NCBI GenBank assembly: GCA_950097015.1
Contig: CATNEN010000033.1
Location: 1,302,001-1,366,000 of the forward strand
DNA: 64,000 nt
Source of the DNA: Macrostomum hystrix
Taxonomy: Eukaryota > Animalia > Platyhelminthes
Direction of reading: 5' to 3'
In this document: one piece after another, positions 12,401 to 25,400 of the stretch
Numbering within the stretch: the stretch's first letter is position 1
Layout of the letters: every line of letters starts with the position of its first letter
The notes under the pieces: generated by a model
Databases searched by the model: none
What the model was told of the DNA's origin: nothing
What the model saw: only the letters and a program-made list of their open reading frames with translations
Translations under genes and position numbers: made by a program

Positions 12401-13741
12401 ATCCTATCGGTTTCTGAAAGTCTTTCATTAGCATGGGTGATGTTGTCACTGCACTGAACGGAAATTAAAATAAATAATTATTTATATCTTATATTTATAT
12501 GAGATATAACTCATATCATAATGAGTTGACTCATAATTGGTTGGCGCCATTTTAGACAGCTGTGCGAGGGTGTGGCAGAGCGGTTAACGCGCTTGCCTCT
12601 CGCACCAAGGTCCCTGAGCTCGATTCCGTCGCGAGGCCACATTCATTTGCAAGGCGGAAACGTGTAGAGAAGGCTTGGGGTCTTGTCGTGCAATTTACGC
12701 CATTGAGGGCCAACCTCCAAGGCACAGTCAAAGTGTACACTCCCTGACGATGAGAAAGTCCAAGCAGATGTACACGCCAGCCCTCCTGCATATATTATTA
12801 TATATTGAGTCGCAAGTCTGGCACATCCCTGAACAAGAGAATTGCACAGACTGCTCAAGCTAGCTCATGGGCCGGTTCGCATTCCATTTACTAACCAACG
12901 GTTAGTAAACATTACCAACATTCCATTTACTAGTACGGCTAATCCAGTTCCACCGTCAACAGCGATTACCCCTAGGGTCCAGCCAAGCACGACACCGGAC
13001 CTGCCAGCCCCTTTGGAGAATTTATTTAGCCTTTTCTGAACAGTCACATCTCACTCGAGGTGAGATGATGGGAGATGATGGGAGATTATGCGAGATTATG
13101 TTACTCCGCATTTACTTAGGCACTGTTGTTATGCCTGTGCTTCGTGGTGAGCTTCGAAAACAGTATTTTAAGAAGTTTAAGCATAAGCACTTGGTTAGAG
13201 ACTGCGAGTGCATTCCTTATGCACAATCCAGAATCTAGTCCAGACTACGAATAGTAGTAAGTAGTAGTAGAAGAAGTAGTAGAACTACTACTAGAAGTAG
13301 TATTAGTATCAGTAACATGGCTAATCGGCTTGATTGCAAAGCAGAAAAAAATTATCAAAGGTGGCCTTTTTTCTCGATCCCCAAGTGTATTTACGACTGT
13401 TCACGAGTAGTTGATGGATCAGTGCTTTGTTGGTCTTAGTGATTTACTTCACCATGGAGACATTTGGGGGCATCACATTCGTTAGGCGTGATGAAATAAT
13501 ATAATAAATAAAATTGCCAATCCCCCTCAGTTATGACTTCAGACTTTTTTTCATCCTAGCCCTCCCAGATCTTTCAGTCAACTCACCGCTCCAATACCGC
13601 CGCCGCCGCCGCTGCCGCCGCAGCCACCGCCGCCACCGCCGCCTCCCAGTAAGTCGGTGGCCGAACCCTTGCGCGGACTGGCGCGCAGATTGAAGCCCGG
13701 ACTGCTGCCGGTTTTGCTCATCCGACGCTGCTGGTCGACTC
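9458..13741 (-). CDS. Probable 3' coding exons of the SCYL2-like gene (low-complexity C-terminal tail)
   Basis: GT-AG exons 13587-13741 (phase-1 start matches exon 19481-19692), 11933-12139, 10640-10831 (RRHSL, SRRPST), 9998-10064 (RRSSFNALSDTV) and 9458-9493 (MNLFGGASKPG*). Phases chain except between 10640 and 10064, where a small exon appears to be missing. Confidence 0.6.
12565..12805 (+). mobile_element. tRNA-derived SINE, family A (internally deleted)
   Basis: TGTGGCAGAGCGGTTAACGCGCTTGCCTCTCGCACCAAGGTCCCTGAGCTCGATTCC head, shared body (GAGGGCCAACCTCCAAGG...CTGACGATGAGAAAGTC), TAT tail. Confidence 0.85.
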
Positions 13742-14236
13742 CTAAATGTCAGGCAAGAAAATTGCTGGTTGATAGGTAAAGCAATAGCAATCTATGCAGC
13801 TGTGATACCGATTCCCTGCCACTAAATCAGGTATTAGCTCACATCGACTTGATGCGATCGACTTGTTGCCTTTCCGGGTTAGCAACTATCTTAACTATCT
13901 TACAGTAGTGCAAGCGGAAGTTCAGTATTGGTCGAAATCCTTCTGGGCACAAATTCGAGCAGAAGTTCAATGCCAAGTTAAAAACGCTCCAACGTTAGCA
14001 CTAACCAATGACAGTTTTGTTCTCTGCTTTATGAGCGCGCTCTGATTGGTTGGCGGACTCTAAAAGGCAGGAGATGACCTAACAAATAGTCGGCAACCAC
14101 TTCAGGGCAGCTGCCTTTTTTGCTTTTCTGTGTTGGAGTTTCTCTGGAGCCGTCAGCCATCTATAGCTGGAATCGCTGGAAAATTGGCATCAGCTAAAAA
14201 TAAGACAAAAATACTGAGACCATCTGACGGGCAGTC

Positions 14237-14824
14237 ATGCGTCTTCTAGGAGCGCTGGGCACTGTTGTACTCCTGCTTGGACTATCATCAGCCAGCAGCC
14301 AGCAAGAAGACACTCGAAGTAAACTTAGGGTCGAAGAGAAGAGGTTCTCCGCTCCCGGGACATACGACTGGAGGAAGAGGTTCTCCGCTCCCGGGACATA
14401 CGACTGGAGGAAGAGGTTCTCCGCTCCTGGGACATACGACTGGAGGAAGAGGTTCTCCGCTCCTGGGACATACGACTGGAGGAAGAGGTTCTCCGCTCCT
14501 GGGACATACGACTGGAGGAAGAGGTTCTCCGCTCCCGGGACATACGACTGGAGGAAGAGGTTCTCCGCTCCTGGAACCTACGACTGGAGGAAGAGGTTCT
14601 CCGCTCCTGGAACCTACGACTGGAGGAAGAGGTTCTCCGCTCCTGGAACCTACGACTGGAGGAAGAGGTTCTCCGCTCCCGGGACATATGACTGGAGGAA
14701 GAGGTTCTCCGCACCTGGAACCTACGACTGGAGGAAGAGGTTCTCCGCTCCTGGAACCTACGACTGGAGGAAGAGGTTCTCCGCTCCTGGAACCTACGAC
14801 TGGAAGAAGAAGTCTGTTAACTAA
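14237..14824 (+). CDS. Neuropeptide precursor (195 aa): signal peptide + 13 x FSAPGTYDW separated by RKR cleavage sites; nested antisense in an intron of the SCYL2-like gene
   Basis: Hydrophobic N-terminal signal (MRLLGALGTVVLLLGLSSAS), KR before the first copy, RKR between copies and KKK after the last. All differences between the 36-nt units are synonymous third positions (GCT/GCA, CCC/CCT, GGG/GGA, ACA/ACC, TAC/TAT). Confidence 0.93.
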   Translation: MRLLGALGTVVLLLGLSSASSQQEDTRSKLRVEEKRFSAPGTYDWRKRFSAPGTYDWRKRFSAPGTYDWRKRFSAPGTYDWRKRFSAPGTYDWRKRFSAPGTYDWRKRFSAPGTYDWRKRFSAPGTYDWRKRFSAPGTYDWRKRFSAPGTYDWRKRFSAPGTYDWRKRFSAPGTYDWRKRFSAPGTYDWKKKSVN

Positions 14825-17809
14825 TCTGACATGAATTCTTACTAAAACGATATTATCCCAAGTTTGCACCATCTGAACTGCTTTCCACCCCTACAGTAAG
14901 ATTGCTTGCTCGAGTTAAGCAGACAAACCGCATACGAGGAAACTCGACTTGCTACAATACATAAGACCTTAGAGCTTCTAAACAGGCATAGCGGTTCGCT
15001 TTAATCAAATCTATTTGTTTCGACTGCACTTATAACCTCTTTGTCGGTGTGCCCCGATTATTTTCCCATGGCCGAAATATAAACATTGGATGTGCTCGCT
15101 CTGCTCCTCATTGGCCTTGAAAAGCGCCGACTATTGATGTTTTCGGCCGGGATTTCTCAGATTCAGCTCGATAATTTGCGAGTCACCAGAGGCCGTGCCC
15201 CCCCCCGAGGCTGATAAGCTTCGGCGCGGAGCAAACAATATCCGAACGGCTGGATTTGCGCATTTTTCTCCATTTCTCCCCCTCCCCCGATCCTTCCCTT
15301 TGTGTTTGTTCCGATTCGGAAGCAGAAAAACTCACATCCTGTAGCCGGCGGGGAGGCTGGAAGTCTGCCAGCGCAGTGACAACGGAAGGACAGAAGAAAT
15401 TGAATGACAAAAGCATATTCAGCTGTGTGATCTGTCAGCTTGGGTGTCCTGAATGGCTCCGCTTTCGCTCTCCGATGACTGGGCCGTTAATCATTTCCCA
15501 CTTTCAACCCATTGGCACCAACACGGTCTCATGTAGATTTAGTTCGGATAGAGAATTAACAGGAAAAACAAGTTAACTTGTTGATCCTTGCGGATAATAA
15601 TTCCAAAGACACAGCAAAGATGATAGCCCGTCTGACTATCTTCTCTCAATTCAGTCGCATGAAGCTGCTGTGATTTGCTTACCGGCGATGCCAGTCCTCA
15701 AGAGTTGGATGCCTTTCATGGGGATCAGTGCATTCTCCCATCATGTTCGCAGCGCTGTCTGGTGTCCTGATTCTTGCACAGACAGTATTTCACTTGGCCT
15801 CATTTCACAAAGCAAAACATTACTACGAGCAAATATTGCCACTGGGGACTTAAATCTGTTTAAAATGCTGCCATTGAGTCTCCGTCGCAAAGACCAGCTT
15901 GGGATCTGCCCAGCTGGCTGACAGTGACAAATTGACACCAGGTAAACACGCCAGCGATGGCTAATGGGACAAACAATCGCCCAGGAATTTACCTGAGGTG
16001 GAACAAACAATGGATATGATCTATTAATCACACTCGGATCAGGATGCGGGCGATAGTGCCACCGCAGCTCTTACAAAATGCGAACGTTTCGCCCGAGTCG
16101 GCTAAATATAGTCTGTCATAAATATACGAGTATGCGCATGTGGAATTCGTGTGGTTCAGTATTATTCTGGATCTGCAATCGATGCCTTTGTTAGACAGTA
16201 CTTGTGTCGATTTGGCGACATTAAGGTCGAGGAGTAAGGAGTACAAAGTGAATAATACCAACAGAATTCGTCAATGTGATTGTCCTCTACGAGCGTATGA
16301 CGCTTTTTATTTGGACTAGACTCCACTGAGAACTTGCTTCAGCCAAATCAGTCCTTCATCAACGCATGTTATCAGAATCATTGAGCCTCACTTCAAGCTA
16401 TTTCATGAGTTTCCGGGAGAAGGGAGGACAGTTTGCCAAGTGATTTGTTCCCGAATTGAATAATTCAGCGAAGGGAGATGGAGCGGCTAAGAGTCGACTT
16501 CGAACTCTGTTTGCAGAGTCTCGTTAGCGACAATTCCCGCACGATAACCGCTTGGGCCAGGGGCCCTCAGTTTATTGAGCCGCGTGCGAAACTCGACTCA
16601 TCAAAGCTGGAGGAAGTCCGCCAGAAATTAATGGCAGCTGTTTTTTGCGCGGGTCGCCCCCTCGGCGGCATTACGCGAGCTTTCTACTCGGAGCCAATAT
16701 TAACAAATGATGAAGGAATCGGATGCGAGATGGCGAGAAGAGAAAGAGAAGGGGAGCTGCCATATTTGGCTGAGGCCAGTCAAATAAAGTGAAAAATTCC
16801 TGTCTGGCCAGCAACTGCAGTTCAGAAAGGGAATCAGAAGGGAGTTTATGGGACAGAGCCGCTGAGTTTCTTCAACATGGAAGAGATTTTTGGAGCTCTC
16901 GTAAGGCGCTGTTGCTCGCGCTCAGTCGGGTAACCTGATGCCCGGCTTGTACGGCCTCAGTTTCGGAGGCCGCTTGCCGTTGTTTGCTGGATTTCGGCTC
17001 GACGCCGGAGGAAATGAAAATTGAAGAAGGAATTCTCCCATTTTCCCGGAGATTTTGACAGCCGAACACGAAATGCGAAATGGAAAGCAATAAGCGGCCT
17101 AAATTGGGCTAGATTCGAAGTCCCAGTAGCCAGACGGGCTCAATGCTTTCTATTGAACCCTTTCTAAACAGAATTTCACATATCCAAAAATTTACTTGAC
17201 AATTAGTTTTTTACACACTTTTTCTGACTTCCGGGCTGTCGAAAAGTACTAGTCAAACTTCATGAAATAACCTGACGATACCTGCATGACATTACCCAAT
17301 GATACCTGCTTGACATAACTCAAAGATATATGCGTGACATATCCCGATTTTGATTCTCAAACGTCATTATAGAGTCTCCATACCTCACCTGCACATTGCC
17401 AAACCAGAATAAATATAGCAAATCTTTTGTCACTGCTGCAGTCGCTGTGCTCAATCAACTTGATCAACTCAATCTGCTCCCGTTCCTCAGTGAAGACTAA
17501 AACTGCCTTTCTAAAAATAGACCCAAGAGATGAGCAGACAGGAAGGCGAGGGAAAACACGAAAATGCAGGACAAACACGGCCTGGTCCATATACAGGTGA
17601 GTAAATTTTAGCAATCAACAGAAGGGAAGGATGCGAAATCAAAGCACCACTGCTAGATGAAACGCACGCATTAGACACTTCAATATTGCTTCGCCAACAA
17701 ATCAGCAAGCTAAGGAGCTCTAAAAACAACGTTAAGTGAAGACTTGTCGAAACAAGAACTTAAGTTTACGTCTGCGAAGGAAGTTAAATATTTTTCTGTC
17801 CAGTATAAT

Positions 17810-18115
17810 AATGATAATAGCAGGAGGGTCGTGAGCACTGACAAACCATCATTTGGTGACGGCAGACCCGCAGCCAGAGAGGAGGCAGTTCTGCCCATTC
17901 CACTGGCTCCTCACGCACACACGCACACAGACACCGTATGCAGGCAGACACTCACACAGGTGGTAATGTACACCTGATAGTGTAACTTGGGGGTTGGTCC
18001 TCAAAAGTGTAAACTTCACAAAAATCCTCCAGCCTTCTCTCCGCTTTCCTCCCCAAATGAATGTGGCCTTGCTACGTAATCGAGCTCAACCTTGTGCGAG
18101 AGACAGGTGCGTTGA
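17810..18115 (-). mobile_element. tRNA-derived SINE, family A (diverged)
   Basis: Same body and 3' end (CATCATTTGGTGAC...GCAGGAGGG, TAT tail) as the 1722-2096 copy. Confidence 0.75.
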
Positions 18116-18994
18116 CCCCTCTTTCATTTGATGATTTTAAGGCCTTATAAATACCACACAATGGCCTCACATAGCTCGTATGGCCTCACATTATTTATTG
18201 GGAATAAACTCTCAGGGCCTTTTCATGTGGTCAATCTCCTGAAGTCATGACTTGCCTTCGCTTGGATCAACAAAGATCAGCTGCGAGTTCAAGTGGGGGC
18301 TATCCTCATACCACAGCGAACAACTGCGGCATCGCCTGTTTGAAGAAAAGAGGCACTGCAGCCATGCGACCCGTTATCTCTCAAATTAGCTAATGGGCGC
18401 GTGCCCCACCGCCATGCTGGCTCACTCTACGATTGCCGCGAAGGCAGAAATTTGAGCGAGCAGCGGCTATTCCACTTCCTTTGATGAGAGTCTGATCTGG
18501 GGAGCGCGGCTGGGAAAACAGACGGCGCTAATGAGTCGCCTATAGTTTGGATCCCCTACAACCATCGACTGGGGCGTTCGGTAGGCGAGAAACGGACCCT
18601 CGGTAGGTTCGCCGGCAGTGCTTCAACTGCGAGACTAAATGCCTCATCAGATTAATTGGCTCAGAGATAAGGGAGGGCCGAGACTGGCTCTTGAAAATAA
18701 TTGCCAATTAGATAAGAAAATCTGTCCGATGTTGTTGAGGACGATCTCCGTGATGTTGTTTAAGCCTTCTATTAATCATTGCTGGATTCAAAGGACGAGC
18801 TATTATAGGGCGGCAGGATTTCGAATCAAAATAGATTCAAAGCACTGCGAGCTCGCATTTGTAATGCCTTTTTGATGTCAGGTAGGTTGGATTTTGTGTG
18901 CATCTAAAGAGAATTACGAGCTCGTAGTTAGATAATTTTTTTTCAAATAAGCGCTTGATCGGATTATTAAAGTAGAAAATAGTTTCTGTTTTCA

Positions 18995-19369
18995 CAGGGG
19001 GTCGGTGGCAGAGTGGTTAAAGCGTTCGCCTCTTGCACCAAGGTCCCTGAGCTCGATTCCGAGCTCGAGGCCACATTCATTTGGGACGCAGCCGTGGAGA
19101 CCGGGCTTGGGGCTTGTTGAGCAATTTGCGCCTTTGCCAGCCAACCCCCTATGCGCAGTGAAAGTGTACACTGCCTGACGATGAGAAAGCCAGGGCAGAT
19201 GTACACACATGTGTGAGCGTGTGTACTGTATCTCCAATGCGTGTGTCTTTAGGAGTCGGCGAAATTGGGAAATTTGCCTCGCTGGCTACGGGTCTACTGT
19301 CAGTGAATGATGTTCCATTGCCTGCAGCCCCTACTGCAAAAGTTATTACGAGTAATTATAGTGCTATTA
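18995..19369 (+). mobile_element. tRNA-derived SINE, family A (full length)
   Basis: GGGGGTCGGTGGCAGAGTGGTTAAAGCG head with A- and B-like boxes, shared body, TAT tail; 11-bp TSD TTCTGTTTTCA at 18984-18994 and 19370-19380. Confidence 0.9.
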
Positions 19370-19480
19370 TTCTGTTTTCAAAGACGAACGAGGTGAAGGT
19401 GGTCGACACAGAAGTTTTAGGCACGATACTACCCTGAGAACAACTCTTGCACTGAACACAGTCAAGTACGTTATACTGAC

Positions 19481-22400
19481 CCTTGGCTGAGTTGTCTCCT
19501 CCGATAGTGACAGTCGGGGTGACGGACTGGCCGACAGCTGAGGCTGCCGCGTCAACGCCGCCTCGAGCCGACTGAAAGCCGGCGGAGCTTCGCCTTCTGG
19601 TCGCAGGGTTGTCTGCGCCGGCGCAGAGGCTGTTGAGGTTGGACTCGATGCTTGGCTGTTGCATGGTGATAAGCGGCGGCCGCATCAGATTCCTGCGAGG
19701 GACATTTGGCAGTCTTGGTGAGCTTGCTGTTTCATACGCAGCCTCTCTACTATACTTTCTTGAGTACCGGACCTCAGGTGTGAGACACTTACGCTAATGA
19801 TTCGCCAGCCAGGATGGGAAGATGTATTGAACAAAGAGCTGCTAATTAATTTCGTCTCAAGAGCGTGTGCCTACATACGTATAAGATTTTTCAAATCATA
19901 CAAATGCTACTCTGAGAAGGAGAAAGTTGAGAGGTGAAGCCGCAACGCCACCAACTCTCGGACGAGACGACCACAATCTCATCCTTCAGGAGAGAATGCT
20001 TGGGAAATTACTGAGCCATTTAGTTCGTATTAAGGCTGGCATTCGTACTTCAAGTATGCATTTGTGCGTCCTTAACTGAATTATTAAACAGCACGAATTT
20101 CTACATTCTCCTTTGTAGATATTGTAGAGGGCTTGCACGCCCAATCGTTATTGCGTCCGTCTTCCGACCGAGAGGTCCGTGTGTTCGAATTCAGGCAAAG
20201 GGAAACAGTTGATGCTATCGAGCTAGACGCTTAAATCTCTGGTTCTTCAGTCACTCAGCTGTAAATTGGTTCCAGCTGAGGTGAAATTTATGGGTGTTCC
20301 GGCCTCCCCAGTCAACGGACTGAGCAGCTTTTGGAAGCGCTGTACAATAGCTGCGGCTGGGCCTCTCTATCCGTCTACGAATATCTGATACTCAGAGTAA
20401 AGCAATCACAGTAAGCATCAACCAGCCGACTGCACAATGTCATTAAACACAACCCTTACTCGTCCATCAAGTCATTGCCGTCTGCGTCCTCCAACTTCAT
20501 CTGGGCGGCACGGCCGCACTCCAGACGGTCCCACATCTCGTTGAGGGTCTCCATGACGCAGCGAAAGTCGTCACGGCGCAGGTTGGGGTTCACGGTGTAG
20601 GGGATCAGGTGCGGCAGCACTTTCGTAGCAATCAGGCTGTAGGTCAGGCCAAACTTCTTGTCCGTTAACATGCGCTTGTAGATGTCTGGTAGTAGTGGGC
20701 AGAGAAAGGGGATGCAAATTGGGATCTGGAACGGAATTTCTGAATTCGGGTTTGAAACTGCTCAGCCATGGAATTTCAGCTAAGCCTGCATCTCTGCTTC
20801 CATAAAAGTAGCTTAAAAACCAATCCCAGCGTCTCACTGATGACAGCCATGTAGATGTCTGGGTCTGAAAAGTTTATTTCCAACAGAAAGGGCAGCATGT
20901 CCTCCAGGATGACCATTTTGTCCAGTCGGTCCATCAACTGCTCCAGACAGGACAGGGCGTTCATGCGCATCTGCAATTGACAAACTACTGGCTTACTCAC
21001 AGCATACTACTAGACGCAGTAGCATTGAAAAGATTCTCGAGTTTTATATCACGGAAGGATCAAACTTTCTAGTCGCCACGGTGAGATCCCCAGATTTTCA
21101 ACTAAGGACTCACGGTGTGACTCGAGCTTCGCTGGAAGACGCTCTTGGCTTTGGGCAGAATCAGCTTCCTGAGGGTGGTGTCATCGATGTGCTCCTGCAG
21201 CACGGAGAAGGAGTTGAGCGCGGCTTCCTGGAAAATGAAAGAGAGCAGTTTTTGTGTTGGGGCCAAGTACGATTTTAGGCTGAACCGGATGATTCTGTTA
21301 CCTGCCCAGTGGCTGAGCTTGACTCCAACGTTGAAAACACCAACGGCAGCAGGTCGCTGCGAATCTCCTCATCGTCCAGCTTCTCAACTAGGACGTCAGT
21401 ATGCTCGACGAGCACGACGCTGGTCTGCAGGATCACAAACAGCGGGAGTTCATGCTGCTTCAATGTTCTATGAGTAAAATCGCTACAAGTCGATCCTTCC
21501 GATTGTAACAACGAATTAAAACAAAAACGGACAACTTTCACCATCGGGTCATGGCAAAGTTTGATGTTATGAAGGCTGTTCAGAAGTGATTGTGCGGTCA
21601 GGAGGGGCATATTCGCTGCTGAGATGGTTTAAGCAGAATTTGAGGTCAACATTTTTTAGCAATCTTGAATTTGATCACTGAGGGAAGATCCAGAGTCATG
21701 AAACTGATGCTGAGTCCATGAGAAACATTGCTAATGATAACAAAAACTTTTCTTCTGTTTCCCTGGAGAGGGTCGAGCAACGTTACTTGCGGGCCTCCGA
21801 GTGCAGCAAATGTTATCATTGGTAAAACCTGCGTCCGAGCTACTAGTTGAGGGCTGTTCAGCCGAACAAAATGTGTCAGATCGATTCTGAAGTCAGGAAA
21901 TCAAGGTCATTTGAAGAAGAGCTGCAGCTGTGGCTAAGGGATCGCAGAAGAGGCTAGAAGGAATGAGGAAGCGAGAAGCCACGCGGCTAAAGCGGCCTTC
22001 TCCCCCATCCTGCCCAGCAGCCGGCTAATGCGATTACGCGCACCTCACTAGAAGGCAATTTACCCCCAAGCGGCGTGTAAAATCTGCCCGACCCGAAAAC
22101 GAGATGAGGGATGGCGATGAAGGAGGGAGCCGGGCTTCTGGAATGGGTAGGAAGAGGATCCGATCCGCAATTAGCGCAGAGAATGGGCCCTGTCTGCGAG
22201 CTCGGAGGGCTGATTGGGATCAGACTGAGTGACCCACCTATTCGCTCCGACGGAGCGGTGCGGGGGGAATGCGAGAAGGCCCTGGGCTCTGCGCTGAGCA
22301 AGAGCAGTCGGTGCGGCGTTGCCCTGGAGCTGCGGTCGTCCTTAATTATTCCAATAAAGGCGTGGACCCCAGAGAAAAAATAGGAGTGGGAGCAAGGAAC

Positions 22401-25400
22401 ACGAGCCGGCGGCGTTAGCGTTCACAAGGCAAGAGTTATTGAGCCTGATGCGGTATACGGTACGTGGCTCCCTATTAGCTCTCTGCGCCACCCGGACGCC
22501 AGCTTATCTAGTTGTGCTTTTTTCCTATCCTCGTAGATTGTGGCATCTTAATTTCCCACGGTTCAATCTCTGGACTAATCCGAGGGTTTGAGACGCCTCG
22601 GCGAGTGTGATGGGAAGAAGAGAGGCTCGGGGGCAGGAGGATCAGCGCCGTCCAATTTCAAATGGACCGTCGGTGACAACTGACAGGGCGGGAGATGGGC
22701 AGATAAGACCTGGATGGGCGCGCGATGACGGATGATGGAAGCCGGGCATGGAAAATGAGGCTCACAAAAATGCCGACAGAGAGCCGTACGCGGATGAAGT
22801 CTCCTCAAGCGACAGCGGAAAGAAGACTTTGACCCTCCGCAGACATGCAGAGAACTGGCTTAGCAAAGGTTCACGAGACGCAAGGCGGCATTGGGAAAAA
22901 TGGCAAAGAAAAAGAAGCATTTTGGAGAAGGACTTCTCCGATGCTGCATGCAAATTAGTAATCTTCACTTCTTTCTATTATAGATCACAAAAGAAAATGT
23001 ATTCTTCTACTTCTGTGCTTTAATCAGTGCTAAATCTGTCAACTTTACACGCCTCACAGTCCTCCAGTTTGTTTGCAGCTTTCCTACCAACTTTACGCCC
23101 GCCACCCCGCCACCCCGCGCTCACCTGAGCAGTCTTGGGTCGCCTGAGCACAGCCAGCAGAGGCTCGCGCAGGTGCAGCCGAAACTCGTCCTGCCCAGAC
23201 TGCATGGCCGCCCGCAGCAGGCACGGCAGCACGTAGGGCGTCAGGTCCGCGGCCACTTGCAGATTCTCGGCGATCAGCGGGCTGACCCGCTTGAACAGGA
23301 TGCTCTGCAAGGGCCAATTTCCTGCTTTGAGCTGGTTTGTCTCCGCTAAGCTGGCACAGCCCCGCTGCAATGTCTGATCGCAGCGGACAGCTCCGCTGCC
23401 AGCCATGTATCATTCTGTCAGCCTGCTTCTCCCCTTCTGTTCTGCCAGCCTCATTTTCCATGTACTTTTTTCTCAGCATCGAATTCGTAGTGCTCTGTTT
23501 ACACGAGAGCGCCGTCGCTGCTCCTAGACGAGGCGATGACACGCGGATAGCTTCAACAGTATAGAAGTGCAACTTGCGCTATTTCTAAGGAGGACCAAAA
23601 AACGTCACACATCACCATCTGGTTAAGTGTCTCTGTTTCAGCTCTTTAGATACGCTAATTCTGACAATGCCTTCCACTTCCAGTCATGTGGGTAAATAGA
23701 ATTAGCCCGAGAGATATTTACTTACTTGAGCGTAAAAAACTACAAATATAGTGGAAAGAAAGTGCATTGCCTAATATTTATACAAGTCACCTGATGGGAA
23801 CATCAAACGCTATTTGTAAGGCAAATTACTATCAAATACGGTCACAGCTCATGCTATCTTGGCTTGTCTATTTAACATTATTTGTATTCACTCCACATCA
23901 TTTCAACGTTAAGCCTCTACATGAAGCTCTTGATGTTTCCGAACGGATGGCACAAACCAAAGAGCTATAAAGTCCGTGCAGAATCCCCAGCAACTAAAAC
24001 TTAATTGGGCAAAGCGGCCATGGGAAGATTCCAATTTAAGATTCCGTTGGCCCGTTCAGTTGCGAGCTCTAGCCACTCTCCTGACTTTCCTGTTCTCTTT
24101 GTGAGCGCAGCTTTGTGGCTAGAACACTGGGGCACTGAAATGCTTCACATAACTTTAACTTTAAGCGCAATTTCTGCTCGATGCGTTCTTGTTGTTCGAC
24201 GCTAGTAGAAAACTAGCTGGCTTCTCTCTCACGCGCTGCCACGCCTAGTTTAAAAGCTGCATGCTGTGCCTAAATTAGGCAACTGCTTTTATTTAATCGG
24301 CCTTTCAAAGGCACTTTTGTTTTTGCATAAACTAGTCCAGACAAATTTTACGAGCTGTTACTAAGCTCAGAGTCGCACAGAATCAGAATGTGGATTTACA
24401 TGACATTTACCTTCGGGAACTGCTCCCGCATCATGGTCTGCATGAGTAGGCCAAAGAATTCCTTCTTCTGCTCCATGCTCTTCGCCTCGCAAGTGGTCAG
24501 GCCTTCCAGCGCCAGCAGCAGTGGGTCTTGAAAGTACTTGTTCTGCCAGGGTTGGTATTTTTGCATTCTCGCAATTAAGGCGAGTTACTCATTTCAGAGA
24601 TATTGCGATAAAGCAAATGATGCTGATAGATTTTATCACATTCAATTTTATTCTTCTGTACTCAGGGATAAAGACAGGAAGAGGGCTCACCATGCTGAGC
24701 AGCTGAGCGGACGGCCGGTGCTTGGGATCACGGTCGAGCATCTTCTCCAGCAGGTCGCTGAGCTCGCACGGCAGCTGCGTGAGCGCCTTAGGCAGGTTCA
24801 CCGGCAGCTGAGATTTGGTGCGCGGGAATCATAAAATTGAATAAGGCTCAGACCAGCCAGCCCTTTGTCCCCCAACTGCCGGCCGCTTTTCCTCTCGCCC
24901 GACCCGCAGCTCCCCTCATTGCGGACAGAAAACACTGCCTGGCGGATGTCTGGACCGCGAGAAGGAAATGTTGTCGCTCCCGATACAGCGCTCGGAGACT
25001 CAATATTTAAGCAGCTTTTCTCTGTCTTTCCCGACCCCGGTCCATCAATCTTACTGTGCTCTCCGCCTCATCTCTTCCCAACTGTGGCAGGGCGCAATGG
25101 GAGAAGGGGCAACGGGCTACCCGCTTGGAATGAAAGAAAGAAGGGGATAATGCGACGCCTTGAAGGGGATTATTCAAGAAAAACGAAGACGACATCCTGG
25201 CAGGGGATGCGGCAGGAGGGCGGGCGAAGCCTCACGGCAAGTAGGTGAAGCAATAATTCAAAAAAACACACTCAGCACTCGAGAGTCACTGATTTAGAAT
25301 TTTGGTGAAGCAAGTGTGAAGCATGCGAAGACGAATTGGGGTCGACGGGGCATTTTCAATTAACTCTTGTCGGGACGGCAAAGGCCGAAGCTGGGCTCGC

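Noticed and set aside
14265-14872. Alternative-frame and antisense ORFs over the neuropeptide repeat
   Set aside because: Variation is synonymous only in the 14237 frame; the others are shadow ORFs.
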